NCBI RefSeq assembly: GCF_024521635.1
Contig: NW_026250403.1
Span: 434,001-498,000 of the forward strand
DNA from: Tricharina praecox
Lineage: Eukaryota
DNA: 64,000 bases
Reading direction: 5' to 3'
Shown: in pieces, positions 23,421 through 36,123 of the stretch
How the letters are laid out: each line of letters begins with the position of its first letter
Position numbering within the stretch: the first letter of the stretch is position 1
Program-made: the position numbers and the translations under genes
Notes under the pieces: generated by a model
What the model was told of the DNA's origin: nothing
Database searches by the model: none
The model's input: the letters and a program-made list of their open reading frames with translations, nothing else

Positions 23421-25207
23421 AGTGTTTCTTGTTTCTTGTCCCGTTGGTAAAGCAGCAAAAGTTTAGCCGTGGGGCGGTGGGATGGGGGATGAGGGGCCAG
23501 GCAGAGGCAATGAGGATGTTTTTTCAACGGCGTTCAACGTAACTGTTTGCTTTTCACCTTTTTTTTCTTATCCTTCTTTTATCGCTTCTTTCCTATTCGT
23601 TTCTCTCTGAGTCTCTTCTTCTTGCTTTCTTTCTGTGCTGGGCCGATACTGCGTGCGCGTTGGGGTGTTGGGAATGCATGGGCTTTACTTCCTTCCTCTT
23701 GATCTCTTGATCTCTTTTTCCGCGGCCAATCTGTCTCGTCCTACCTATATTCATACCCTGCTCTTTCCCACGCAAGGAGTGGGGTATGTATGGTAGGCTG
23801 GATACTCGATACCAGGTATCTGGTTGTGCTCATCATCATTCACCCTCCCTCGCTCGCTGGATAGGATAGGTAGCTGCTTTCTTCCTTTCGTTGTATATGT
23901 ATGTAAATACTTACTTACTTTACTTGGTTGACTTATCTACCTACCGTGTCCATGACTATCTCTTGTTCGGTATTCAGTGTTCACTAGTCCATGAGGAATG
24001 AGGAATGAGGGGGCTGTGTTCGTAACGATACAAACTTTTACGACCTGGAGAAAGGTGATGGACATGACCGCCGGAATATAGTACTACAGTGGGGGTCGGC
24101 CAATCGCGGAGAGCGGGGTTGGGGTTGCTGTCGCCAGCAGCCATGCATGGTAGTGAAATGGGGAGAAGAGTCCCGAATCCCGATCGATGGCGATGATGCT
24201 CGGAAGTGGAAGAGGCACTGGAAGAGGGTCGGCCAGCGAAGGTGATGAGGATGGGTTGGAGGTAGATATAGTAGGTAGTATAGTGGTTGAGTACAATACA
24301 TCTGGCCAGCGAAGATGATGGGGATGGGTTGAAGTATAGTAGGTACACACATCTTCGTGAGCAAACATGAGCTACCTAGTCGAGCTGCCCATCCAGTCCT
24401 TTGATTCGATGATGAAGATAGTTGGACCATCGTCTTGGGCGAACATGAGCTGAGCTACCTATTCGAGCCACATACCAGGGAGGTGCCCAGTCTTCGATTC
24501 GACGATTCGACTTCGAGCCAACTCTCGCTGGCTACCATACATAAACCTAGACTTCCACTCCCGGTGCTTTGGTACCTAGGTACGACTCGACGACCCTCTG
24601 CTCGTCGAAACCGGGACTGATCGATCACGAAGCGGGCACGGAGCGAGCAAGAGGACGGCCAGTGACGCCCACCGCCGAGCGAAGCGCATCGGCCTTACCC
24701 CCCTCCGTCTGCGTCTGCGTGACTGTGCGACTGCATCCCGCCGCCGTCAGCTGGCAGGACGTTTCTACTCTATATACATAGGAGTAGGTAGGTACTATAC
24801 ATCACTCGGGGAACGCCTTGCTTTTTTGGTTTCATGGCCCTACTGTACACGGTATTACACAGTCACTCGGCGAGAGTTGAGAGTTGAGAGTTGAGACATC
24901 AAGAGACGATTGTACATAGGTATATACATTGTATGTGAATGAGCGAGGCATCAGCCGTTGGCGAGGCGAAAGCGGGAGTACCCAGAGTACTGGGCTACAG
25001 TACCTTAGGTAAGACTTACCCAGGTACCTTATCCACCTACCTTACCCACCTACATACCTTGCCTACCTTGCTTACCAGCTCCACCGCGCCCACCCCACCA
25101 CCGTCATCGCGCTCGCGAGCTCAGTCGCAGCTCTCCACCGCCCACCGCGCCCTCCACCGCCCACCCTCACAACCACGACCCGCACCCTCACAACCACAAC
25201 CACAACC

Positions 25208-25916
25208 ATGATCAACGCCGTCCTCGTCTTCAACAACAACGGGCAGCCACGGCTAGCCAAGTTCTACTCCCAAATCGTGCCTCCCCCGCCCTCCTTCCCC
25301 ACCCCCCACCATGGATGGTCTCACTAACCCACCACAGGACCAATCGCTCCAACAGCGCCTCCTCACGCAAATATTCACACTAATCAGCACTCGCCCCTCG
25401 AACTCTTGCAACTTCCTTCCCCTCCCGCCGCTCCTCTCCTCTCCCTCCCAGGGGTCCTCCCCCCACTCCCAGTCCTCCAGCAGCAACGACTGGAACTCCC
25501 CCTCCGCCAGCGAACAAATCACTTTGTTATACCGGCACTACGCAACCCTCTACTTCATAATCATCAGCGACTCTTTGGAATCCCCGCTGGGCCTGCTGGA
25601 CCTGATCCAGGTTTTCGTCCAGGCCCTCGACCAGCTGTTCGAGAACGTGTGCGAGCTCGATCTGATATTCAATTTTGAAACGCTGCATGCGACCCTCGAG
25701 GAAATGGTCGTGGGAGGATGCGTGGTCGAGACGGATCTGAAAAAGGTTGTGGATGCGGTTAGGGGTGCGGAGAAGGGGGGGAAGAAGGGTGCGGGAGGGG
25801 GGGGTGGGGGGATGGGTGGGGGAGGGGGACAAGGTGGGGGGGGAGGGGGGATTGCGGGAGTTGTGGGAGGGCTTGGGAGGGGCGGGTTTATGGGCGAGGG
25901 GTGGGGACATCGGTGA
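25208..25916 (+). CDS. APS3: AP-3 adaptor complex sigma subunit
   Basis: MINAVLVFNNNGQPRLAKFY, YRHYATLYFI, ESPLGLLDLIQVFV, FENVCELDLIFNF; one intron; Gly-rich tail. Confidence 0.92.
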
Positions 25917-26706
25917 GCGGGTGGGAGTGGATGGTGGATTTGATGAGCACAAATGGGACTGCATTGGACTGTATGCTGGATGGATGTGCCGTTGAATACA
26001 GGGCAAGATAACCGTCAAGGTAGAAGGCACGGATAACGAGCACATGGCGATTCTGTACAGCGAGATTCCAAAGCACAAGCATGGGCATGGGCATGGACTG
26101 AACATGACATGGTAGAAATCAAAACTCTATCTCCAGTTCCAGTTGTAGTTCCAGTTCCAGTTCCAGTGTACCAATCATATAGACCCTCATCCTTCCCATC
26201 CTCTCCATCCCCTCCATCCATCACTATCCCTTCCTACCTCTCCAACTATTCCATCCGTTCCATCCATTCCATCCCAAGTAATCCCAAACCAACATGGCCC
26301 CCACAAAAAATATGTGCAAAGAATCAGAGCCACACACAGACACACAGTAAACAGAAAAATCGAGACCGACAGAGAGCGTGAGATGAGTGACCGTCAATGA
26401 TCAAACTCGGATAGGAATGTCGAGTATGTAGACAAAAGGAAGAAAGAGACCCTCGCTTTTTAAGGAAAAAAACGCGTATGTAGAACGAAGAAAACAGTAA
26501 TAAAAAAATCAAAGCATCAACACCAAATCCCAAATGAAACCGAAAGAAAAGATGGAAGAAAAAAAAAGTGCAAAGAAAAAAAGACCGGCAAAGGAACCGT
26601 CTATACCAGAATGAAGGGGTATCAAATCAAGCCAAACATTCCATCCGTAGAATGTGAAGAAGAAAGGGAAAAAGAGAAGAAAAATGAAGAGATCGAAACC
26701 CAGCTG

Positions 26707-27984
26707 TTACCGCTGTTGACATGCCAGGGTTTCCCCGCATCCGCTGCATCCCCACCCTAAAAACCATCCAACAAACATCCACACGATCCCTCCACTCAGC
26801 ATGTATGTCCACACCCAGCGAAACATCATATCTTGCTCTCCGTTCCTCGCCGCCAGCTCCAGGAACTCCGTCAGCATCCCTTCGATGTCCAGTTCCGCAG
26901 CCGTGCTTTCCGTCACGCCGTCCACTCCCGTCGTCGTTTTCCGCCGTATCAATCCCGCCATCGCTGCGAAGCTGCTCGAGGACCGGGGGGATGATGGCAT
27001 CGATGCGGTTACGGGCGAAAACGGAGGCAGCAACGCTTGCTCGGCGTTCGATCTCCGCAAGCCCGATGCCGTTCGCGGGAATTGAATCGCCGTTGGGAGG
27101 CCGGATCCGGTCATCGACAGCATCATGGAGGGTGTCAATCCGGGGGTAATCGGTGCCGATCGCCGTCGATACGAAATCGTCATCGTCGAAGCGAGGGAGT
27201 GGTCACTGGTAGCAGTCGCATTCGTCGCATTCCCGCCGTCGCCCCACAACAAGGGCGTTTCCGGCTCCTCCTCCTCCTCCTCCTCGATGGTCGGCGGCGC
27301 GGACGAGATCACAGCGGCCTCGGCCTGTTGCTGCAGCGACGCAAGGATGGTCGACAACCGCTCGAACGACGCATCCGACATGTCATTCTCATCATCGTCG
27401 TCATCCTCCTCCTCGTCTTCGTGCCCATACTCATCATGGGCCATATCCTGAATATCACCAAACCCGCGGTACCGGCCGGGGTAGGGCGAAGGGCTCTGGA
27501 ACACCGGCGGCGACGACGTCGACCGTCTCGAGTCCCTATGCGACACACTCGTTGCAGCCGTGCTCGCAATGCTCCCCGGCGAGCTCCGCCAACTGCTCCT
27601 CGTCGACGAGCTCTCAGACAACCTCCTTTCACGCTCAGGACTCTGTGGTTCCTCAACCTCAGCGCCAGCCCCAGCCCCAGCCTCGCCGTCAATCCCGAAT
27701 TGGAATCCCTCGATCCCTCCTCCTCCACCCGTCTGCACCGGCGGTGTCCTCGCCGTGTTTATCGCACCCTGCCTCTGCACCGAAGTCGAAAACCGATCCA
27801 AATTCGCCTTGGTTTCCTCGATGACATCGAGCAGGTCGACGGGCTCGCCGATGCCGTCCGCGTCGAGTCGCAACAGACTCTTGAGGGCGGTTAGCTGCTC
27901 GGACAGTTGTTCGCGTTCACGCTGGCGCTCGCGGAAGAGCTGTTGCTGCAGCACGGGGGTGACGTCCTCCATGGTGTTGTCCAT
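26707..27984 (-). CDS. Hypothetical protein: N-terminal coiled coil, disordered Ser/acidic middle, C-terminal transmembrane segment
   Basis: Intronless 425-aa ORF with coding-like composition; hydrophobic WVWTYMLSGGIVWMFVGWFLGWG near the C-terminus. Confidence 0.7.
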   Translation of the reverse strand: MDNTMEDVTPVLQQQLFRERQREREQLSEQLTALKSLLRLDADGIGEPVDLLDVIEETKANLDRFSTSVQRQGAINTARTPPVQTGGGGGIEGFQFGIDGEAGAGAGAEVEEPQSPERERRLSESSSTRSSWRSSPGSIASTAATSVSHRDSRRSTSSPPVFQSPSPYPGRYRGFGDIQDMAHDEYGHEDEEEDDDDDENDMSDASFERLSTILASLQQQAEAAVISSAPPTIEEEEEEEPETPLLWGDGGNATNATATSDHSLASTMTISYRRRSAPITPGLTPSMMLSMTGSGLPTAIQFPRTASGLRRSNAEQALLPPFSPVTASMPSSPRSSSSFAAMAGLIRRKTTTGVDGVTESTAAELDIEGMLTEFLELAARNGEQDMMFRWVWTYMLSGGIVWMFVGWFLGWGCSGCGETLACQQR

Positions 27985-30074
27985 GGTGTGTTGTGTTGGT
28001 TGTGTTGTGTTTGTGGGTGGGCTTCGGCAATCGCTGGATCAAGGCTCGCTTTCGCGAGGGTTGACGACGGTCGCTGAAGCGAAATGTGAATTTGAGAAAG
28101 TCGAGGGGTTTTGAATTGAAGTGGGTGGTGTTGAGCGTCGGGTGTTTGCAGTTGCTAGTTATTCTTCCGATTCAACTGACAGCAGCGGCCGTCATATATT
28201 GCGACGGGGGGGTGGGGGGGTTGGATAGTCTATGTATGTAGTTTGTATGGGGTGTTTCCTGTTTTTTTGTGGGGCGGTGTAGGATCCAGGGAGTAACAGG
28301 CGCCGGGAAGCAGGGAGGCGGCGGCAGGAGAGGAAGCCAAGTAAGGAGGACGAAGGAGGCGGTGGAGAAGAAGAAGAATCGAAGAAGTTTCAAGAGAAAG
28401 GGATGCAACGAAGTAGACGATAGAAGAAGTAGAAGTAGACGAATGGAAGAGACAACAGCCACCAATCAGAAAAAGACAAGACAGAGCAGGTAGAGGGCGT
28501 GTGAGAGTCAATAAAGTAAGGACAGACAGGGCAGGCAAGAGAGTGTGGATGTGATGACGATCACGGTAGGCACGTAGGGTGCGTAGAGAGAGGCAGAGAG
28601 AGAGAGAGAGAAGGAGAGAGTCGAGTGGCGATTGGTGGTATGCTCGCAGCAGCTTCGCGTGGTGGTGGTGCTGTGCTGTGCTGTCGGGCACTCACTGGAG
28701 CAGAGGGTACGACTGGGTAGGTGGGGGAGTACCGGTACCGTAGTCACCCAAGCAGTTATCCAGGAGGTTGTGCAAGTGCAAGTGGTGGTGGTGAGAGGAG
28801 TGTTTCCTCTGGTTGGGTTGGGCCTGGCTGGCTGGCTGGCTGGGACTGGCTGGCTGGGCCCATGGTTACAGTAGTCCCGTCCGTCCTCTGCCTGGTCGAA
28901 AAAAGCACCCGCACCCGCTCCACTCACGTCTCACGTCGCAACTGACAACTCCCCTACCCTTTACCTGTGCGCTCCTCCTCGTGGCTCGCGAAATGACCTC
29001 CCCCCGTAAGCCCCCACTCCACCAACTGACCGACCGGCGACCCCTGGATGGGGGCAGAGCAAGTGCCACCGCCACCTGTAGAGTTGAGTGGAATATCTAC
29101 TTTGATACCTCTGTAAGCACTCGCCCACGTCGCGATGGAGAGTCGAGACGGGTATGCAGATAGATACCAGTATGTAGCTAGAGCACTTGCGTACCTATGA
29201 TATGTAGAAGGAGTACCGCACCTACCGATACCTGCCCACGTATCTACGATACAGCGGATTCAAGCCATGCCGTGCAGGGCAGCGTGCCTCCACCCATCTT
29301 CCTTGTCTGACACGAAAGCTCCTGTGTGTATGATTTGTATTATATACTCCACATATGTAGATAGGTGGATAGGTGGGTGGAGATAGAGTGCCCAGAATGC
29401 AGAATGCAGATACGCGGTCGCTAATGCCGCCGTAACGGACGCTGCATGTAGATACCGGTAGTGGTAGTAAGCTCTACATATACTCTGCCCCCATCCATCT
29501 GGGTACTCTAGAGCTGACGGAGCGAGTGGGAGGGGGAAAACCAGCACACCGCAACGCTGCGAAGAGAGACGACTCACTCTGCGGACTCTGGGGAGTCTGG
29601 GGAGTCTGGGTTCTGGAATCGTCGAGTAGGTGCGTGTGTGGGTGGGTCAGGGTGGGTGGTGGGTGATCACGGCCCCGGTACGGTAAATATGACAACGGGA
29701 AAATCGGGAGCGTGGGAAATGACGTGCCACAGTCTGAGCGCCGCTTGTGGCTAGAGCACTATGGAGAGCGTAGAGAGAGCACGAAGAGCACGAAGAGCGT
29801 AGAGAGAGCACGAAGAGCACGAAGAGCGGGACGAGGGGTCTCGGTTCCCCTCCCCTGCACGGAAAGAAGAAAGAAGAAGAAAAAAAGAAGAAGTTGAATG
29901 TTGAAACCGAGTGACTGCAATGGTGCGGCGAACCTCCTGGAAGGCTGGCACGGAGAGGGCTGGCATCGCCGGAAACGTCTGCTCTGTGCCAGCCACCAGA
30001 TGCATACGGTATCATATCTCCCACAGGGTGGGTACTCTACTCTACCAGGTAGATGAGAAGTATAGTTGTCATAC

Positions 30075-30162
30075 ACTCTCTCTGCATCTGGATGCCAATG
30101 AATGGGGGCTACAGTACTCTCTCTGCATCTGGATGCCAGTGAATGGGGGCCACAGTACTCTC
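30075..30162 (+). repeat. 41-bp tandem duplication
   Basis: ACTCTCTCTGCATCTGGATGCCARTGAATGGGGGCYACAGT twice with 2 mismatches, plus a partial third start. Confidence 0.85.
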
Positions 30163-30335
30163 GTCTACCGGGTTACACAGGTCACGTAGAATATGTAGTC
30201 CACGCATGGTTGGTCACTCGGTTTCGTCATTACTATCGCTATTCTCGACATGGGGTCGCTATGGTCTACCGGTACATAGTAAGGCCGTACACGACGATAC
30301 CTCGATGTTCTCTCCCTCCCACCCCCCTCTATAGA

Positions 30336-31743
30336 TCACATCTCAATACCCATCAAGTACCCCTCCAAGATCCTCATAAACTTCGCCACGAACGCCTCGA
30401 GGTGGAAGATGTGCTTGGTGCCGATATGGATACGGTGCTCGTAGAAAGCGGACCACTTGATGACCTCAGCGCGGAGCTGGTCGTCGATCCGTTCGATCAG
30501 GCGGAAAGTCAGGAGCTATCGACGTCGTCAGTACCCCACATCATGTGATAAGAGAAAGTTATGGAAATAATACCTTGAGGATGGTAGTCGGCGGAATACA
30601 GTGCGTGAGCAGATCGTACATCTTGCCGCGCACCTGCATGATTCTAGCGGGTGTGTGCTCGGCGAGGATCTCGTCCGCAATCTGGCTGATCAACGCCTCA
30701 AAGTCCGGCGGCGGGATGGGCGTCGAGTCCTTAACCATTTCGCTTGACTTTCGGTCAGCACTGCATACAACCTCGTTTACCGGGGACAACGTACTTCTGC
30801 GCATACACCGACTCGAACATCAACAGGGCGCGGCGGAGGTTCCTCCCGCTCTCCTCCGCAATCCGCTCGGCCAGCTTCTCCCGCCACTCGAGCTTCTCCA
30901 GCTCGGCGGTGTACTTCAAGATCTTGACGATCTCGTCCCTAGTCGGCGCCGCGACGCGCACCAGCAGCGTGCGCGACTTGATGGGCGGGATGATGTTCGC
31001 GGTCGAGTTGGCGACGAGGATCAGCCGCAGATTCGGCGAGTACTTTTCCATCGTGCGCCTGAGGGCGGCCTGGGCATCGCGCGTAAGGTACTCGGCCTCG
31101 TTGATGACTACGACCTTGAAGCGCTGCTTCGCGGCTAGGTCTACCTGCTGCGTCTGCGCCGTCTCCTTCAACAGGTTCTGGATCACTACCCGGTCGTAGT
31201 TCCCGACGTCTGACGGAGTGATCTCGAGGTGGTAGTTCGACGATACGATGTTGAATTCGATCTTGCGGTTCGAGCTGGTCTGGAACACCCGCGCGTCGAT
31301 GCGTATCTGTTTGGGCGGCGGTGTCAGCTGATGGTGGTCGTGGTGGTGCTGGTGGTGGCGAAGTTCCCGCCGCAGCAGGAACAACAATTACAACTACAAC
31401 ACACCTTTTCCGCGCCCGGTCCGAACAGCTCCTTCAGCGTCGCCACAATGCGTGTCTTCTTGCCTGCGCCCGAGGGGCCGTATATCAGGAGATGGGGGAA
31501 GTCGCCGCTGTTGGCCTGCGGAATGGAATGTCAGCGCCTGGTCCCCCGTCCACCTTGCGGAGGGCTGTAAGCGGAGACTTACCAAAGACTTCAGCCTTGA
31601 AGAGAGCCCCCCGTGATACTGTATTCAATGCCTCGTTTAGCCGTAATTCGACTTTTGGTTTTTAGGGCTTGGTGCGGGAATGGGGGACGAACGTGCAGTG
31701 CCTCCAACGATCGGGGCCGGTGTTTGTCGACGAGCAGCGGCAT
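30336..31743 (-). CDS. RFC5: Replication factor C subunit 5 (human RFC3 orthologue)
   Basis: [13 protein letters not shown], Walker [59 protein letters not shown]; 5 introns. Confidence 0.95.
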
Positions 31744-32010
31744 ATTTCAGATGGTTCCGGTGGCTATGTAGGATTCGGCAGGACTCGGTGAGGTCGGTTA
31801 CGGTTGGGCGTTGCTGTCGTCGTTGCAGTCGTTGTCGTCGTCGTCGTGGTCGTCGAGAAAATAATCAATCGTCGTAATCAAGTTGATGCGAAAGCGGGAA
31901 GACGCGTGGTGAAGTTCCCCAGCAGCCGGGCCCTCTCCCTGTCCTGTCTCGCGCGTCGAGCGTCGAGTGTGGGCCGGCGGCGGCGTCGGCGGCGTCGCGT
32001 CAAGCACCTT

Positions 32011-32773
32011 GTGGCGCAGCGGATGCCCCGTGCCTTACTTTGTTGCATATGTAGCGGAACGGACTGTGGCTGAAACTGCGCTTGCCGCAGTGCCCCCTCC
32101 CGCCCCTCGCCCTCGCCGTCCCGGGGAAGTCCGACTGCGGCCGGATGGAGCGCAATGCCGAGACTATTACGTCGACGACGGCGCTGGCGTTGGCCCTGGC
32201 CCTGGTGCTGGACCTGACCTGGTGCTGTGCCACGGCGGCGGTGGAGGTAACTTGCTTGCTTGCTTAGTTACCGGTAAGCACTCTACTCCACCTTTGCAGA
32301 TGACACCTTGCGAGGCCATGGAGGCCCCGGAAGAACACCTGTCGGAATGCGCATGTGGATCTGTAATTGTGCATCCCGACACTGTGGCAATTCGTTCCAT
32401 TCGGGTGCGAACGGTGATGAGCATGGCAGACAGACAGACAGACAGATGCAGCACTCCCTCGCGGCGGAAGGAGGAGGCTCATCTTTAGAAAACGGGGCGG
32501 ATGACGGCGCAAGCTCCGAGACACGGCCGGGAGCATGCACTGCAACCCAAACAGGAACGCTGGGAATGGACAAGTACATGGTGGAGCACAACTCCATATG
32601 GACATCGCAGCTCGAGACGAGACGAGATCATATGCGGTTGTTTGCTGCTGCGGACCGGCACAGTTCAAGGTAGAGTTTCGTAGGGTATCCAGAGTACCTA
32701 TGGTATGGGAGTCCGGTGCTGGACGAAAAGAAAGAAAGATAGAGAGAAAGTTCTTCACTTGCTGCTGCGCCTC
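32011..32773. promoter_or_regulatory. Three candidate calcineurin-dependent response elements (Crz1 sites) upstream of calcipressin
   Basis: GTGGCGCA 32011-32018, GAGGCTCA 32474-32481 and TGCGCCTC (reverse GAGGCGCA) 32766-32773 match GNGGC(G/T)CA. Confidence 0.45.
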
Positions 32774-33143
32774 CATAGCGATAGTCACCATACCATCCCA
32801 TCGACAAATTTGCCTTCTGCTTCCGCCACCCCACCGCAGACCAGCAGCAGTAGAGCGGAGCACCCAGAAACCTCGAATCGACGGACCATCTCCGCCGCCC
32901 CCCGGCCTGCATCCACTCCCCCCTCCTGCCTATCCCCGCACAACGAAGCCATACATACCGGAACATACATATAAAAGAACTCCCCCCAGTTTCTCGCATC
33001 GACAGTATCCACACCATAACTACTTCAACTAATACAGACTACTCGGAGACACCTCGACACCTCTCACCTCATCACCTAAACCCATCCCCACATCCCCACA
33101 TCCCCACCTACAGCCCACCAACCAGCACTCCACTACAGAAGCA

Positions 33144-34024
33144 ATGGAGTCCCCCCGCCAGCTCTCACCAGCTGCCTCCCCGGGCCTGCACCCCATCGCC
33201 TCACCCGGGGCCTCACCCGCGCGCTCCCGCGCCTCCTCTCGAGGCTCGCACCTAAGCCTGGACCTATCCTGCCTGCCGCCATTAACGCAGCCCGCAAAGC
33301 CAACCAACACCCTTCTGATCACCGTAAGCCTTCCCTCCCCGCCCACCGACCACGCACTAACCCCGCCTAGAACCTCAACAACCCCACCCTCTTCACGCAG
33401 CCGCACATCACGCAGCTGCGGGACATTATATCCGCGACGTCCCCCCTGGCCAGCTGGTCACCCTTGAAGTCCTTCCGGCGCATCGTCTGTTCCTTTTCCA
33501 GCACGGACGACGCGATCAGTGTCCGCACCGCACTCGACGGCAGCGCGTTGATGGGGGACCGGGTGCGGGTGTACTTCGGCGAGCACACGCCTCTGCAGCC
33601 GATCGACCAGCACCTGCAAGCGCCGGAGGCGTCGAAGCTATTTTTCATTTCGCCGCCGCCGTCGCCGCCGCACGGCTGGGAGTCGCGCAACGAGGAGCCG
33701 CCGAACCAGGTCGTTGTCGCCGAGGACCTGGCGCACGCGCTCGCCCGCCTCTCCTGGGAGCCGAAGCATCAGGATGAAAATAACAATACGGCGGCCGCAG
33801 GGGACGCGAATAGGGAGAGGATTGGGAGGCCGAGGAGCGCGAGCTCGGTACTCTTGTTTGAACCCGAGAAGGGAGACGAGAAGGAGATGCCCGCTATCAG
33901 TGTTGATGATTACACCGACTCAGGTGACGAGAATAGTCCCGTTGAGCCGCCGGCTGCGTTGTTGGCTGGCCTGCCGAAGGTGGAGCAGGTACACACGCAG
34001 AGGCCGCCGGTGGAGTTGATGTGA
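33144..34024 (+). CDS. RCN1: Calcipressin / regulator of calcineurin (RCAN family)
   Basis: PTNTLLIT, LKSFRRIVCSF, KLFFISPPPSPPHGW (FLISPP motif), PAISVD (PxIxIT-like), HTQRPP; one intron. Confidence 0.93.
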
Positions 34025-34255
34025 GCATGTTGGATAATGAGCGGAGCATGGCGTTTGTACAGAGATTTCCTTATTTCTTCCTTTTCTTCGTTTTCCTTGC
34101 GTCTGTGTGTGTGTGTTTGTCTGTCTGGTGTGTCTGTGCGTGTGTGTGAAGGCGTCTGCAAGTGTGCTTTTATCTTTTTCTTCTTTTCTTTCGGGTTTGG
34201 TTCTGGGGATTGGTCTTGGGGATTGGGGGTGGTTTTGATATCATGGGTGTTCGTT

Positions 34256-34289
34256 TTCTTCTTCTTCTTCTTCTTCTTCTTCTTCTTCT
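34256..34289 (+). repeat. (CTT)n microsatellite
   Basis: About 11 consecutive CTT units. Confidence 0.9.
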
Positions 34290-34440
34290 GCTTTTCCTTT
34301 ACTGTTACTTGGTACCGTTACTACTGTTCTTTCGGGAACTACCTCCATACCTCTGCCTGTCTACCTATTACTTTCTACTCATATAAATTGACGGGGGTTA
34401 CCACCAAGCCAGCTGCCAGATCGTTCGTGACCTCAAATTC

Positions 34441-34570
34441 TCCACACCTCTCCTCACCTCTCCTCACCTCTCCTCACCTCTCCTCACCTCTCCTCACCTC
34501 TCCTCACCTCTCCTCACCTCTCCTCACCTCTCCTCACCTCTCCTCACCTCTCCTCACCTCACCTCTCCTC
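34441..34570 (+). repeat. 10-bp minisatellite (TCCTCACCTC)n, about 12 copies
   Basis: Near-perfect tandem array between the convergent RCN1 and Nudix 3' ends. Confidence 0.95.
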
Positions 34571-35180
34571 ATCGACCGAGTACACACAGTGCACACGTCC
34601 TTCCTGCTGTCGAAATCTACTTGCAAACTAGAAACTGCAAACCGGAAACCGAAACTGTAAATGGAAAAAGAAACCACATGCATGTATAACCAAACCAAAA
34701 CCAAAACCGCAAATAGAAAAGAAAGAAAAAAACAACCATGTATCTATAGAGTAACCAAACCAACACCCGCAACACCAATAAAGCAACCATCATCTCCATC
34801 AGACAACTGCCCAAGCCTTCCCAAGTTCCCATCCAATCACCGCACGTCACCCGCAGCCCGCCCACTCATTGCGTTCAATGGACTTCTTTTCGCAGGGAAA
34901 CCGAACGAACGAATGACCAAGCCGTAACGCTATGAAAGTAAAGGAAGCCAGAAGGGAAGGGAGAAAAAACTGAGGATACAACTCATTTTGTATCTATAGA
35001 GGAGCGCATCACCACGCACGAGTATGTATCCATGTTCGTGGTAGTAGAGTAGAGTAAAAAAAAGAAGACACCCATTATTTTCCACCCCATCGTCGTCGTC
35101 GTCGAAAGAAACCAAATAGAACCTTGCCTCCACTCGTTCTATCTTGTCCCTCCCTCCAATCATACAGAATCCCCGCGAGA

Positions 35181-36123
35181 CTACCTGAGCACGCTGCTCC
35201 GATCGATCGCCTCTATGAGTTCGGGCCGATTCATGCTCTGAAAACACGACAACGCCTCTTCGTACGTCATCCACCTCCGTTTCCGCTTGTGCATCTCGGG
35301 CCACCGGTCCTCCTCGCGCTCGACGTGGAACTCGAAGAAGTAATATAGCGTACGTGCCTGACCACCAGCCTTCGGCGGCGCTACCGCGTTTAACGGGCGG
35401 GGGTCTCGGATCTCGCCCAGGGCGCGCGTCACGCGTCCCGTAATTCCGGCTTCTTCCCAGGCTTCACCTGTAAACTCGCAAATTCTCCGTCAGCAAAGGA
35501 TATAAAACTCGAGCCTGGGGAAAAAATAAAAATATGGCGGCGTAGATGGGGTAGAGGTAGGTGGGGAAAACGGATCGAGCGAGGAAGGTGGGTGGCATAC
35601 GAGCTGCGGCGTCTTCCGGTCGTGCCTCATCGGTTTCGTAACCGCCCTTGGGAAGAACCCAATGATTTTGGCGATTTGTCGATTCAACGACCAAAACTTT
35701 TCTCCTGTCGACAGAAACGGCTACGACGCCGGCAACGAGTCGGGATCCGTCCGGTCCATATCCTAGATTGCGGAACAACAGAAAAAAAAGTAAGTCTCTC
35801 TCTTTGTCCCTTCGCGCGTCGGACAATAAAAAACGTGGACTGCAACGGGTGTGGCATGGGAACATAAAAAAAAGTTCTGGCTTCTGGAATTGGATATGTG
35901 GGAGGCAGGTGCAGAAACGACACACGACGGGCGACGATGGCGGGTGGACTGGGACTGGGACTGCGACTGCGCAAAAAAAAACAATTCGGGCGGGTGAACG
36001 TAATGGGATGAACGTACTCTGCTTGACCCTTCCAACACGCGCCTGGAAATGTAGGTTTCAGTACAAGCACAAGGGGGCGACGAAATCGACTACACCGACC
36101 TCCATGGATCGACTCTGCACCAT
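35181..36123 (-). CDS. Nudix hydrolase, diphosphoinositol-polyphosphate / Ap6A hydrolase (Ddp1/Aps1-like)
   Basis: Spliced MVQSRSMEARVGRVKQRYGPDGSRLVAGVVAV...WVLPKGGYETDE...AAAREAWEEAG (Nudix box)...WPEMHKRKRRW; 3 introns. Confidence 0.9.

Noticed and set aside
25776-25850. Dense G-runs (possible G-quadruplex) in APS3
   Set aside because: Explained by a poly-glycine low-complexity tail encoded by GGN codons
28000-30300. Many short overlapping ORFs in this interval and in 36500-39200
   Set aside because: Low-complexity, microsatellite-rich non-coding DNA with no recognisable domains or consistent splice structure
34037-34660. 207-aa ORF with SPHLSSPLLT repeats; the array could also be mistaken for CRISPR
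   Set aside because: Translation artefact of (CTT)n and a 10-bp minisatellite; no spacers or cas genes, and the DNA is eukaryotic
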